The notes beneath the pieces were generated by a model, which did no database searches, was not told the DNA's origin, and saw nothing but the letters and a program-made list of their open reading frames with translations. The translations under genes were made by a program, and so were the position numbers. 64,000 nt of DNA from a virus (lineage: Duplodnaviria > Caudoviricetes). Of the stretch, positions 37,008 through 47,998 are shown piece by piece; within the stretch, counting starts at the first letter, position 1; every line of letters starts with the position of its first letter. The stretch covers positions 103,494-167,493 of the IMG/VR virus record IMGVR_UViG_3300050336_000035. The stretch is one strand, 5' to 3'.

Positions 37008-37709
37008 TTGATTTTTATGAAATCAAAAAGTTTTATTAGTGGTTTGATTGTTGGAATAATTATCACAGCTTCGGTTTCTGCATTTGCGGTTACTAATCTT
37101 AATGTTACACCTAATCCTTATCCTGTTGTTGTTAATGGGGAAGAAGTGTCTTCCGATGGTTACAATATCAATGGGTCTACTTACCTTGGATTGACTGGTA
37201 TAGCTGATGGATTAAATTGTAATGTTAAATTTGAAGATAAAAAGATTCAAATTACTTCTGACAGTCAATCTACTAATCAAATAGATAATACAAAAGAAGG
37301 AGGTGAGACAAATACAATGACTACAACAACAAATGAAACTACAACACCTAATATTGATACTGATGGCTCTATTATTTTTGACCCTTATAATGAGTTGATT
37401 AAATCAGATGAAACTGCAACTATTGATTCCATTAATATATATAAAGTTGATAATCAAAAATATGTATTTTTTGGAGACATAGATATCATTATCAAGGATA
37501 CAAAGTTGAAATTATCTTTAAATCATAAAACTCATATTGCAACTATTTCTGATTTAAACTCTTTAGAAACACAAGATTTTCCTAATTACGATACAACAAA
37601 AATTAGAAAAATTACTATAAATCAAGTTTCTTTAGGAAAATATGAAGATTGGTTTTTTACTTATGAAGATTGGATTAATGAGATAGTACCATTTATAAAA
37701 GGAAGGTAA
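37008..37709 (+). CDS. Secreted/surface protein with copper-amine-oxidase-N-like domain (moron)
   Basis: Signal peptide ending SAFA; VVVNGE...YNINGSTYLGL..IA..L. Confidence 0.7.
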   Translation: MIFMKSKSFISGLIVGIIITASVSAFAVTNLNVTPNPYPVVVNGEEVSSDGYNINGSTYLGLTGIADGLNCNVKFEDKKIQITSDSQSTNQIDNTKEGGETNTMTTTTNETTTPNIDTDGSIIFDPYNELIKSDETATIDSINIYKVDNQKYVFFGDIDIIIKDTKLKLSLNHKTHIATISDLNSLETQDFPNYDTTKIRKITINQVSLGKYEDWFFTYEDWINEIVPFIKGR

Positions 37710-37724
37710 ATTAACCTTCCTTTT
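37697..37724. terminator. Bidirectional terminator
   Basis: AAAAGGAAGGT-aaatta-ACCTTCCTTTT between convergent genes. Confidence 0.75.
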
Positions 37725-37725
37725 A

Positions 37726-40083
37726 TTATGTAATACTTGTTATCACACCTTTTTCAACATGAACTGTTTTACCATCTGCACTTTCAAAAGTACTACTTAT
37801 TCCTAAATCTAAACCTGAAATATTTGTATTTGAAAAATCACAACTTCCATAAAATGATGTATTACCTATAACATCTATTGTACCATTTCCTGAGGCTATA
37901 TCTATATTATATCCAACCATCGAAATTCCATCAGAAGTAACTATAGATATTGGATTACTATGGCTAATTTTAAAAACTCCATAATTATCCAACGCTATTT
38001 TAGTTGAGTATTGCGTATCTGAAGTATAATTATAAAAATTTATTGATTTGCTTGTCATGGAATCTTGGCTACCAATATTTATTTGGTTTCCCACATTAAC
38101 ATCGGTATCTACATCTATTTGAGCACCTCTAACAATACCTGCAAAAATCGCATTTCCATCTTCGTCAATATACATAGTATTATTCCAAATTGGTGAAGAT
38201 GAAGTTCCTTCATTTCTATCTATTTGTATCCCATAATTTGGATTAATAACTATCCTTGCTGTTTTATCAGATTTTTCTAAATATAATCCATTTCCACTCA
38301 ATAAAGTATGGTAATCTTGCCAGTTATTATTGCTTATTATTAATTTATCTCCCTTTAATTGTATAGAACCATATCCACCTATATCTGAACCAATAAATCC
38401 ACGTTGATTGATTACTACATCATTATATGCTATATCATTAGAAATAGTATCATCTCTAGTTATTATATTATATTTATCTTCAGTATATTGCCCATATTCA
38501 GGTTTCTTTACTTCTAAATCATCGGCAGCACTTACTGGTTTTGCAAATATCCTTTGTAAATAATTTAACTCAGTGTTTACTTTGTCTTTATTTGAAATGG
38601 TTATAGATAAAGAATTACTTAATTTTTTATGAGATATCTGAGTTATTCTATATTGCTCATAATTGAAATTCAATGAAGAACAATCTAATATTACAAAATT
38701 GCCAACTTTTATTTTGTCATATCTTTTAGCAATAAAATTATCTTGAATGCTAAAAATATCTACTAAATCTAATGAAATATCAGTTGTGGGCTTATTTTTA
38801 ATTTTCATATAAGCTTTTGCATATTCATATAAATTTTGTTCATCATCTACAGAATCCAATGTTAATTTTGTTTCTATAGTCATTTTACTTAATTCTTGGC
38901 GTTGGGCTAATGTAAAATTAGTATTTATACTTAATTGATTATTTAATGTCAAAATATTATTATTAACAGTATTAATCTGTGAAGTATAGCTATCTATCTG
39001 AGACTGTTTAGAACTAATTTGAGATTGTTTTGAATTAGCCTGAGATAGTAATTGACTATATTCATAAGTAGTTGCAGTACTATTAATTTTCTCAGCATCC
39101 ATAGCTTCTTCAATAACTTTTAATTGTTCTTTTAAAGCTACTAACTCATTGTTTGAGGTATTTAAGGAAGAATTTAATGTTTCTATTTGTGTTAGATATC
39201 CCTGAAATGTTGATTGTTTCGACGCAATTAGATTTAACCATGCTGTATAAGCTGTACTAAGGGATTGAGACATCCTTCCATTGTTTTGAAACCATGAATA
39301 ATCTAATAGGTCGATAGTGCCTCTTGGATTATATTTTACACACGTTATATTATTTTTGCCATACACACGAAGCTTTGAACACATTTCTGAATTTTTGACA
39401 TCACAAGATAAAGAACGTAAATAATTCTCATCACTTATTACAATATCAGTTAACTCACCATATTCTTCAGCAGAATATATAGCAATTGTATTATTCACCG
39501 TATTAAAGATAAAAAAACAATTATATTGTTCCTGTAAATTATCTAGTACTGAACGATATGTAGATGAGCTATAATCAAATGAGTGGTATACTCCTTTTAA
39601 ACTATCAGACATATAACTTACTGTCCAAGTATTATATATGGAATTTAACATTGTATTTAAGATTCCATCTCCACCATAGGCATTATTAACATCATATAAT
39701 ACTTTAACTTCTGTATATACATTAAGATAATAGTTATTCATTTCATAATCACTTGAATAACATTTAATTTTTTTCTTAGTAACTCCATTATCTTGTGAGA
39801 AAGTAGGGGAGTCTACTATAAAATATTCTTGTTTTATCAAGTCATCATTATCTTTAATTTCCATAAGTATTAAGTATAACGGCTGTAAGTAAGAAAAGTA
39901 TTTATTATCGACTTGTCTCCAGCCGTTATCTTCTAATGGAACTTCAAAAGATAAAGTATCGTAAGTAAGAAAATTTTCCTCATATGAAATATCTATATAA
40001 TCTAAATTACATATTATTGTTTTATCTATATTACATAAATATAAATTATATTCATAATTATGATTAGCATTTATGTCAAACAT
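37726..40083 (-). CDS. Tail hub / Tal-like protein
   Basis: Follows TMP and Dit; SKLRVYGK motif; central coiled coil. Confidence 0.75.
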   Translation of the reverse strand: MFDINANHNYEYNLYLCNIDKTIICNLDYIDISYEENFLTYDTLSFEVPLEDNGWRQVDNKYFSYLQPLYLILMEIKDNDDLIKQEYFIVDSPTFSQDNGVTKKKIKCYSSDYEMNNYYLNVYTEVKVLYDVNNAYGGDGILNTMLNSIYNTWTVSYMSDSLKGVYHSFDYSSSTYRSVLDNLQEQYNCFFIFNTVNNTIAIYSAEEYGELTDIVISDENYLRSLSCDVKNSEMCSKLRVYGKNNITCVKYNPRGTIDLLDYSWFQNNGRMSQSLSTAYTAWLNLIASKQSTFQGYLTQIETLNSSLNTSNNELVALKEQLKVIEEAMDAEKINSTATTYEYSQLLSQANSKQSQISSKQSQIDSYTSQINTVNNNILTLNNQLSINTNFTLAQRQELSKMTIETKLTLDSVDDEQNLYEYAKAYMKIKNKPTTDISLDLVDIFSIQDNFIAKRYDKIKVGNFVILDCSSLNFNYEQYRITQISHKKLSNSLSITISNKDKVNTELNYLQRIFAKPVSAADDLEVKKPEYGQYTEDKYNIITRDDTISNDIAYNDVVINQRGFIGSDIGGYGSIQLKGDKLIISNNNWQDYHTLLSGNGLYLEKSDKTARIVINPNYGIQIDRNEGTSSSPIWNNTMYIDEDGNAIFAGIVRGAQIDVDTDVNVGNQINIGSQDSMTSKSINFYNYTSDTQYSTKIALDNYGVFKISHSNPISIVTSDGISMVGYNIDIASGNGTIDVIGNTSFYGSCDFSNTNISGLDLGISSTFESADGKTVHVEKGVITSIT

Positions 40084-40114
40084 ATTTCACCTCCAATTAA
40101 AAATATTTTATTAA

Positions 40115-40915
40115 TTATATATATACGTAATACTGACATATTATCTGAATAATACAGGGAGCATTTACACTTATTAAATTTTTGCCTCTGACTAACCTAA
40201 ACCATTGATGATTTACTAAATTATTTATCCTATAATTTCCTGTGCTACTTTCAATTTGCTTTATTTCATTTTCTATTTCAAGACTTTCACCAGTAGTTAA
40301 GCCAGTAAACCCAAATGTTCGCCCACCATCAGAAATGTTTGAAAATGTTATACTCGTTGCAGAACCTTTCATATCTATCAATATTTTAGGAAAATAATAA
40401 TATTCCTTATATTTAGGATGCATTACATTAAATTTAGCATCTATTTCAAATGTTTGTGTTGTAGTTAAATTACTAAAATCTTTTGTAATTACATTAAGTG
40501 TTGAAACTGCAAATCCTGAAAAATTCTCTAATTTAAGAGAAACCCACCCTTTATAACTTCCATAAGTTATTAATTCCGCAGATGTGCATATAATATAAAA
40601 CTGATATTGAGGATAATCCATTGATGAAAACGAAACATATCTATCTTTTCCAAATAATATAGCTAATTCTTGTAATCTTTCATCATCAATTTCTTTATCT
40701 AATAAACTTATTTTTAATTCAAATGTTAAAACATCTTTTTCAACAGTATAAAAATAAGGAGTATTCTTATATCTTATAATATCTTTTATTATATTTTTTT
40801 GACCCATAATAGGTCTATTTATCTCAGCATTAGTTCTGATTAATACTGCGCCGTCAGAACCTATATCACTTGCTTTAGTTCCATCCACAACAAATAATTC
40901 TGAAGTAAAACTCAT
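40115..40915 (-). CDS. Distal tail protein (Dit-like)
   Basis: Position after TMP; C-terminal WFRLVRGKN.I. Confidence 0.75.
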   Translation of the reverse strand: MSFTSELFVVDGTKASDIGSDGAVLIRTNAEINRPIMGQKNIIKDIIRYKNTPYFYTVEKDVLTFELKISLLDKEIDDERLQELAILFGKDRYVSFSSMDYPQYQFYIICTSAELITYGSYKGWVSLKLENFSGFAVSTLNVITKDFSNLTTTQTFEIDAKFNVMHPKYKEYYYFPKILIDMKGSATSITFSNISDGGRTFGFTGLTTGESLEIENEIKQIESSTGNYRINNLVNHQWFRLVRGKNLISVNAPCIIQIICQYYVYI

Positions 40916-40980
40916 TTATAAAATCACCACCTCTTATCAAAATAAGAAATAGAGGTGGTGAAACTACCACCTCTTATTAT

Positions 40981-43900
40981 TTATCTATTAATTACACCTG
41001 CTTTTGTAAAAATATCTTTCAATCCTGAAACAACACTATTACTTACCCTATTAGCATTAGCATCAGTTATACTACCATTAACACTTATTTTTATATCCCC
41101 AAATTGTATTCCTGTATTAGTTAAAGGAGTAAATTTAGGCATTGAAGTATTGATGTTAGGAAGAATATTATTTAAAACATTATTCATATTGGGTAAAAAA
41201 TCTACTAATTTATTAAAAGATATAGTTTGAACGGGAGACAATACTCTTTCTGGTTCTATTGTGTCTTTGTGCATTGTTCCTATACCTAATGCTTCTCCAC
41301 CTTCATCAAAAGGTGCAGGTCTTCCAGTTGCTTTTTCAGTTTGCTGACGAATTTGGTTAGCTAAAATAACGTTTCCTGCTTTTACAGCCGTATCATATCT
41401 TGCTTTTTGTCTAGCTTCTACACTAGCAACTGTTTCTAAAGTATTTTTACCTTCAACACCTTGATTTACTGAAACTAAAGTATTATCACTAACTCCAGAA
41501 GTTGATGATTTAGATGAACCAGAATAAATAGAAGAATAATTTTTATTTATTTCTTGAATTTGTGCTAATCTATCAATAATTTGTTGCTGTAAAACCTTAC
41601 CCGTCTCAGTCGCATTGGAATTAGTATCAGTAAATAATTTAATGATTGAATTAGTAATTTCTGAAATTGTGCCTATTGTTAATAATTTTTGAGCTTCTAA
41701 TTGTAAAGCTGTTTCATCAGTTTTCTTTTGCATCATTTCTTTGTAAGCTTCATAACTTTCATTTTCAGCATCTTTTTGCTCGTTATATGCATTTTCAACA
41801 TTATCTGCCATTTTGTTTAAACTGTCTTTTTGAGTTTTAACATCATGGTCTGCTTGTGTATCTGCTAAATCTTCCTGTTTTTCAGCTAATTCTTTTCTTA
41901 AATCATTTACTTTACTGATTGATTCAGTATCACCAGATGCTACAGCCATAGAATATTTAGCTATTTCATTTTGAAGTCTAGTAATTTCCTGAGTTTTTTT
42001 ATTAATATCCTTATTATAATCTTCTGCATCTTTTAATTTATCTATTTCATCAATTCTGTCAGAAATATATTTTTTAAATTTATCAGATTCTTTATCAATA
42101 TCATTTAATCTTTTATTGTGTGCTTTTTCTTCAAGGTCTTCTTCATGCTCATATCTTTTTTTCAATAAATCAACAATAGTTTCTTCTGCATTTTCATACA
42201 ATTCTAACTTAGTGTCATTAGCTTTTTGGAGTGCTTCTTGTTCAGCTTTAGTTTCATCTTGAATTAATTTTAATTTATCAGAATTTACTTTATTACTTTC
42301 AGTATCAAGCTTTAAACTATCCAGTTTACTATCATTTATTTTATCAAGTAATGACAAATAGTCAGTATATGAATTTTTAAATTTCTCTAAATCGTTAATT
42401 AAACTTTGTCTTTGAGCTTTAGATTTATCATCAGTAGAAGTTATTTTATTTATTTGAGCAACTTTATTTGCAACGATAGCATCATAATTAGCAAAATCTG
42501 GATTAGCGCCGTTAAATTTTAACCCACTATCAGATAAAGACTTTTTCAACTCAGTTGCTTCTTTTTGTTGCTCTTTAGTTAAATTATCTGTTGCAATTTT
42601 CTTTTGCTTTAATAACTCAACTTCTTTATCTAATAATTCAACTTTTTCTTTAGTCGTTATTGCTTTTTCTTGCAATGCAGCATTAACTTCTAACGAATTA
42701 TTTATATCAGCCAAAGCTTGATTTAAAGCAGCATAACGGTCTTTATCAACTTTGTATTTATCAGAAGATACATCTTTTGGAGAAGAACTACTTTTCTCTG
42801 TTTTAATATCTCCAAGATTTATCTTATCAAAATCAACAGGTGCTAAATCTAATGCAATACCTTCAAATCTTTTTTTTATATCTTGAACTTGATTTCCATA
42901 TGCTGAAATTTGGTCTTGATAAACAGATGCTCTAGCACCATCACCAGCTGCAATCATTGCTTTTTTCTTTTGTTCCCATGAAGCAGTAAATGAATCTGTA
43001 TCAACATCATAGAACTGCCCCCATTTTTTAGCTAATTCACCAAGAAGTTTATTTTCTACAGCTATTTTAGCTTCTGCAAGACTTTTATAATTTTGTAAAT
43101 CAACACCATATTTATCTTTAATTTCATTGATTAATTGAACATTTCCTTTAATCTTTTCATTATAAAAAGTTTCACTTACCTCAAGCATATTTGCATAAGC
43201 AGTATGCTGAATATTCTCTTCTTTCCCAATTAACTCATTAAGTTTTATTCTTAATGTAGCTTCATCATCAAGATAAGGAATTAACTCTTGATGATTTTTT
43301 ATAATTTCTTGCATTGATTTTGCAGATAAACCTTCTTTTGAATTTAATTCAGCTCTAAATGCAATTAATTGTTGAACTTTTTGTGTTTGTTCATCATAAG
43401 TATCTGTAAGAGTTTTTAAATTAGCTATATTGTTACCTATTGCATTAGAACTTTCATTAGCTGAATTAGTCTCAGTTTTAAACAAATCAGATACAAAATC
43501 TTTATAATCAGATATATAACCACTACTTGAAGTTATACTATCTTTAACTTTGTCGATTTGTTTTTGAATTACAGATTTTTTAGAGTTATCTTTTTCATTC
43601 AATAATTTATTCTGCAAATCATGAACTTGAGATATTTGTTCCTTATATTTATTATAAAAATCTTCTACATTCTTATTATCAACATATTTATCAATAATTG
43701 ATTGATTTTCTGTAATTAAATTATTAACTCTATTAAACTCATTTGTTAAATCATTTAATAAATTATCACCTATATAACTTTTGCTTTTAACTTGATTATA
43801 CTCTTTTTGTTTGGTAATAACTTCATCTAATACTTTTTTATAATCTTCAAGTGTTAACTTTTCTGCACCAAAACCAAAATAATTTTTTCCAGTAGCATCT

Positions 43901-46215
43901 GTTATAGCTTTATCTATTTTATCTCGTTCTATTGCACGTGTTGTATTTAATGCTATATAACTAACTCCAAAATCATAAGAAGATTTTGAAGATAACTCTT
44001 TATTTGCACGTTGATATTCCGTTAATTGACCAGTAGTATAATCATGTGCTTTTTTCGCAATTACTTCATCTATGACATCTATTTGGTCTTTATATTTTCC
44101 ATTTACTAAATCAATTGCATCAGCTTCTAAACTAAAAGTTTTAATAAGTTGTTCTTGAATTGATTTCAAACGTTCTTTTGATTCAGATGTTATATCTCCA
44201 GAATTTATTATGTCAGTATATTGTTGCTTTAAATCCTTTAAGCCACTTATTTCATTTTGTAAACCACTAGCAATTTCTTGAGATTTTTGTCTAGCTTCTT
44301 CTTGTTTCTGATTGAATATATCTATAGCAGTAACAGCCGTTAATATCACTGTAGCTATTGCTCCAATAGGATTTGACATAAACGCAACTTTTAAAGCGTT
44401 CCATGATAATGCCCAACCAGTAGTAGCTGTTTTTGCGGCTATCTCAGCTTCGGTTAAACCAATAACTGCACCACGATTTGCAATTAAAGCAACTCTCCAA
44501 CCATCAGTAGCAACTTTAGATGTAGTTAGGAACTTTGTTAATTGAGTACCTTTCCATAATGCAATTGCTGTAACTATTGCAGTTATTGCAGTAGGAAGAT
44601 TACCTAAAGTATTAATTAAAGATGTAAGTCCATCAATTGTTCCTTTAATTAGACTAGAATCTATAGTTGACTGCCAAAATCCTTCTATTGAGGCTTTAAG
44701 TGCATCTAACTTAGCTTGAGTAGATTCTTGATAAATATTAAATTTCTGTTCAGCCGTTCCAGCAGAATTCAAAGCTGTTTCATAATTTTCTAAAGATTGA
44801 TTGTAATTTCTAAGTAATGTCAAACCTTTATTTCTCTGAAACGTACCAAACATTGCTGTGGTAATATATGCTTGTTCATTTTTGCTAAGAGTGTTAAATT
44901 TTGCTCCGACTTCATCCATTACATCTGCAAATGGTCTTAGTTGACCCATAGAATCAGTCGCAGTTATACCAATATCAGATAATGCTTTTACAACATCATT
45001 TAATTTTGTTGCGTCTTCGGAATTAAAGCCTTTTGATTTTATTTGTTCATATCGGCTGATTATACTATTAAGTGAACGCCCAATAGTACTAGCAGATTCT
45101 CTTGTTATACTTGAGATAGTAGATATCCAACTTGCACTCTTTTCAATGCTGATACCACTATTTTCTGCCGCACTTGCAACACGTTGTAAAGCTTCTCCAA
45201 TTTCATCAGCACCTGATGCAGTACTATCACCCAACATTGCAAAGATATCTATTATTTTCTGTACATTTTCACCAGTCGCATTAGCCGTAGCGGTAATAAT
45301 CTGGTCTGAACTTTCAAGAGATATACTTGAAATTTTGGCATATTGGATAATAGCCTTCATTCTTTCTTCAACTTCAGATTCATTAAGACCTTGTCTAAAT
45401 AAGTTAGCTGCTTCACCTGCTATTTCAGATGTTGTTACAGACATTTCTTTGGCTAAATTATTATAAGACTGAGCTAAGTTATTTACTTGCTCTTGAGTTT
45501 TTCCTGTAACTATACGAATTTCATTTAAAGAATTGTCAAGCTGTGTAATATAAGAAACACCGTTTTTAATTGCATCAATAACACTAGTGATTCCACCTGC
45601 TAGAAGATACCATTCAGTAAATTTAAATGCAGACCTACTAATATCTTCAAAAAACGATATTGAATCTTGTTTAGTATTTTTAATGGCTTTAGCACTATTC
45701 TTAGCATTAAGTTCAACCTCTTTCATGCCTAATGAAAAATCTTTCATTTTTTTAGTTACATTAGGAGTTGAAGATGTTAACCCTTCTATATCACTTTGTA
45801 AACTGCCAAGAGATTTATTGTCAACTAAAGAACCATATTTTCCAGATATTCTTCCAGATTCAAGTTGCATTCTTTTTTGAAACAATGAAATCTGTTCTTG
45901 TAATTCTTTAGTTTTTTGTTGTTCTTTTATATTTGAATCTTCTATAGCTTTGCGGACTTTTTGTTCATACTGTAATATTTTTTCTTTATCAGCTAAAGCT
46001 TTAGCTGATGCTTTTTCCTGATTTAATCTTTGTTTTTCTTCTTCTTGGTATATTTTTTGAAGAGATTTATGTAATTTAATTTGAGATTCAGAGTTAGTAT
46101 TAACTTCAACATTAATAGGCTTTAATTTCTTTTCTATTTGTTGAAGTTCTTGTTCTAATTGCTGTTTACTAGATTTCTCAAGTATAGCCTTAATTAAAAT
46201 TGAGATTGAATCCAT
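40981..46215 (-). CDS. Tail tape measure protein
   Basis: 1744 aa helical protein with TP901-like core, AFMSNPIG, C-terminal FDEGG...PERVLS. Confidence 0.93.
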   Translation of the reverse strand: MDSISILIKAILEKSSKQQLEQELQQIEKKLKPINVEVNTNSESQIKLHKSLQKIYQEEEKQRLNQEKASAKALADKEKILQYEQKVRKAIEDSNIKEQQKTKELQEQISLFQKRMQLESGRISGKYGSLVDNKSLGSLQSDIEGLTSSTPNVTKKMKDFSLGMKEVELNAKNSAKAIKNTKQDSISFFEDISRSAFKFTEWYLLAGGITSVIDAIKNGVSYITQLDNSLNEIRIVTGKTQEQVNNLAQSYNNLAKEMSVTTSEIAGEAANLFRQGLNESEVEERMKAIIQYAKISSISLESSDQIITATANATGENVQKIIDIFAMLGDSTASGADEIGEALQRVASAAENSGISIEKSASWISTISSITRESASTIGRSLNSIISRYEQIKSKGFNSEDATKLNDVVKALSDIGITATDSMGQLRPFADVMDEVGAKFNTLSKNEQAYITTAMFGTFQRNKGLTLLRNYNQSLENYETALNSAGTAEQKFNIYQESTQAKLDALKASIEGFWQSTIDSSLIKGTIDGLTSLINTLGNLPTAITAIVTAIALWKGTQLTKFLTTSKVATDGWRVALIANRGAVIGLTEAEIAAKTATTGWALSWNALKVAFMSNPIGAIATVILTAVTAIDIFNQKQEEARQKSQEIASGLQNEISGLKDLKQQYTDIINSGDITSESKERLKSIQEQLIKTFSLEADAIDLVNGKYKDQIDVIDEVIAKKAHDYTTGQLTEYQRANKELSSKSSYDFGVSYIALNTTRAIERDKIDKAITDATGKNYFGFGAEKLTLEDYKKVLDEVITKQKEYNQVKSKSYIGDNLLNDLTNEFNRVNNLITENQSIIDKYVDNKNVEDFYNKYKEQISQVHDLQNKLLNEKDNSKKSVIQKQIDKVKDSITSSSGYISDYKDFVSDLFKTETNSANESSNAIGNNIANLKTLTDTYDEQTQKVQQLIAFRAELNSKEGLSAKSMQEIIKNHQELIPYLDDEATLRIKLNELIGKEENIQHTAYANMLEVSETFYNEKIKGNVQLINEIKDKYGVDLQNYKSLAEAKIAVENKLLGELAKKWGQFYDVDTDSFTASWEQKKKAMIAAGDGARASVYQDQISAYGNQVQDIKKRFEGIALDLAPVDFDKINLGDIKTEKSSSSPKDVSSDKYKVDKDRYAALNQALADINNSLEVNAALQEKAITTKEKVELLDKEVELLKQKKIATDNLTKEQQKEATELKKSLSDSGLKFNGANPDFANYDAIVANKVAQINKITSTDDKSKAQRQSLINDLEKFKNSYTDYLSLLDKINDSKLDSLKLDTESNKVNSDKLKLIQDETKAEQEALQKANDTKLELYENAEETIVDLLKKRYEHEEDLEEKAHNKRLNDIDKESDKFKKYISDRIDEIDKLKDAEDYNKDINKKTQEITRLQNEIAKYSMAVASGDTESISKVNDLRKELAEKQEDLADTQADHDVKTQKDSLNKMADNVENAYNEQKDAENESYEAYKEMMQKKTDETALQLEAQKLLTIGTISEITNSIIKLFTDTNSNATETGKVLQQQIIDRLAQIQEINKNYSSIYSGSSKSSTSGVSDNTLVSVNQGVEGKNTLETVASVEARQKARYDTAVKAGNVILANQIRQQTEKATGRPAPFDEGGEALGIGTMHKDTIEPERVLSPVQTISFNKLVDFLPNMNNVLNNILPNINTSMPKFTPLTNTGIQFGDIKISVNGSITDANANRVSNSVVSGLKDIFTKAGVINR

Positions 46216-46311
46216 AAGTTATTCCTCCTTTTATTTTTACGCAAATAAAAACAGGGAGGAGATATTACCAACCCTGTTGAACATTTATATTAATATTTAA
46301 TAATTTTCATA

Positions 46312-46340
46312 TTGACAAATTTTCGGTTATATTGTAAAAT
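46312..46340 (+). promoter_or_regulatory. sigmaA promoter for moron 46455..47111
   Basis: TTGACA-17 bp-TAAAAT. Confidence 0.7.
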
Positions 46341-46454
46341 TAACCTGTTAATGTTCTACTAAATATCTTATTATTCCTTGTTATATTCATAGATAATATA
46401 CATAGAGTCGAATAAAAGATTCTATGAATAAATTTTACAAGGAGGGCATAAGTT

Positions 46455-47111
46455 ATGCCAAATATCCAATTGCAAGACTTAACTGCAATTATCCATAATA
46501 CCTCAAGGTATAATGGAAACCAATCAGATTCTGTTCATGTAGAGATACTTCTACAAACGGATGTTCCTTTAACTCCTAACGACCAGTGGTACATACCCAA
46601 TAATGTAACAGTACCAACAGAAGTATTGGAGTTCTTTAAAGCAACTAATCTAGCAATGTATCCAATGAAAGCTGAAGAAGTTATAGCTGGAACAGAAGAT
46701 ATCATTGCACAATCCGAAGCAGGAAATTTACAAGATGTTGAACTTGATGCCGCTAAGTTAATGCTTAGAGCTATTATGAAAAAGACAGCTTTTACACCTG
46801 TTTCGGGAACAAATAATTTGTACATGCTTTCATATGATTACAAATTATATCCATTGAAAGAATCACCAAATATGTACGAATTTAAAGTAGTATTACCTTT
46901 TAGTGGTTTAGGTATGCCAAATGGAAGTAGAGTCCAAATGACAGTTATAATGCCTATAGGTTCACAAATTGAACCAAATGCTACTAAAGGTATAGCGGTT
47001 GGTGGAGTAGAAGTTAATGAACTTGTTAAACCAATGGAAAATGTAAATAGAAATATTCTCAGTTTTGAATATCATCAAGACCCACTGTTTAATATAAGAT
47101 ATATGTATTAA
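46455..47111 (+). CDS. Hypothetical protein (moron, opposite strand to the tail operon)
   Basis: RBS AAGGAGG, own promoter, 218 aa. Confidence 0.85.
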   Translation: MPNIQLQDLTAIIHNTSRYNGNQSDSVHVEILLQTDVPLTPNDQWYIPNNVTVPTEVLEFFKATNLAMYPMKAEEVIAGTEDIIAQSEAGNLQDVELDAAKLMLRAIMKKTAFTPVSGTNNLYMLSYDYKLYPLKESPNMYEFKVVLPFSGLGMPNGSRVQMTVIMPIGSQIEPNATKGIAVGGVEVNELVKPMENVNRNILSFEYHQDPLFNIRYMY

Positions 47112-47139
47112 TAACTAACTGTTTTAGGAGAGAGCAGAA

Positions 47140-47415
47140 TTAATCTGCTCTTTTCCTATTATCTACGAAGTTTTTTAATGAAAATTCATACATACCATTG
47201 CTGTTTTGATTAAAAGCTTCAATAAATTTAATGTTATGTTGAATACCTAGTACTTTCAAAGCTTTAATCATTTTCTGTGCTTCTATTTCATAATAAGCAC
47301 TAATTTCAACAAAATTGTTTTTTAATAGGTAAAACATACCATTTACTGCATTTGTTGCGTTTAATTCATGTACTGGAATTTTAGAGTATTCCATTTTCAA
47401 TTCATTACAATTCAT
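47140..47415 (-). CDS. Hypothetical protein
   Basis: RBS AAGGAGG. Confidence 0.75.
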   Translation of the reverse strand: MNCNELKMEYSKIPVHELNATNAVNGMFYLLKNNFVEISAYYEIEAQKMIKALKVLGIQHNIKFIEAFNQNSNGMYEFSLKNFVDNRKRAD

Positions 47416-47543
47416 AACAAAAATCCTCCTTTAAATAATACGGTAAATTAATATATAAAAAAACAACCATTATGGCTGTTTAATTTGTTTATGAAACTTT
47501 ACATTTATTTACTTTTTATTGCAAAGAAAAGGGAGTAGGTAAC

Positions 47544-47699
47544 TTACCATACTCCACATTTCTTCAAAAACTCTATTTTCAATTGTTTATAATCTTGGTA
47601 TTTTTCTTTAGTTATTTCTCCACGAACATACTTCATAGTAATACATTTTAAGAACATAAAACATAATCTTATTAACTCTTGTTCTTTTTGTCCTTTCAT
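47544..47699 (-). CDS. Small hypothetical protein, 51 aa (not in ORF track)
   Basis: MKGQKEQELIRLC...; RBS AAGGTG. Confidence 0.5.
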   Translation of the reverse strand: MKGQKEQELIRLCFMFLKCITMKYVRGEITKEKYQDYKQLKIEFLKKCGVW

Positions 47700-47839
47700 A
47701 TTATCACCTTAATTGGTAAATATTTGTATACATAAAGTATTATATACCTAGGTATACTAAAAATCAATAATAAGTTATATAACCTATATATAACTTATAT
47801 CTTAGTATTATATATCATATAATAATTAAGGGTGATAAA

Positions 47840-47998
47840 ATGACTTTGGGACAAAATAAAAAAAGTTATCTTATAGTATTAGAGAAAAGTGTAAAAGAAA
47901 AAATTGATGAAATTGCATTAAAAAATAGCCGTTCTTCGAGCAATTTGATTAACTTAATTTTGAAACAATATATTGAGAGTAGGGATGGGGAGAAGTAA
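47840..47998 (+). CDS. Ribbon-helix-helix protein, 52 aa (not in ORF track)
   Basis: LIVLEKSVKEKIDEIALKNSRSSSNLINLILKQYIE. Confidence 0.7.
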   Translation: MTLGQNKKSYLIVLEKSVKEKIDEIALKNSRSSSNLINLILKQYIESRDGEK

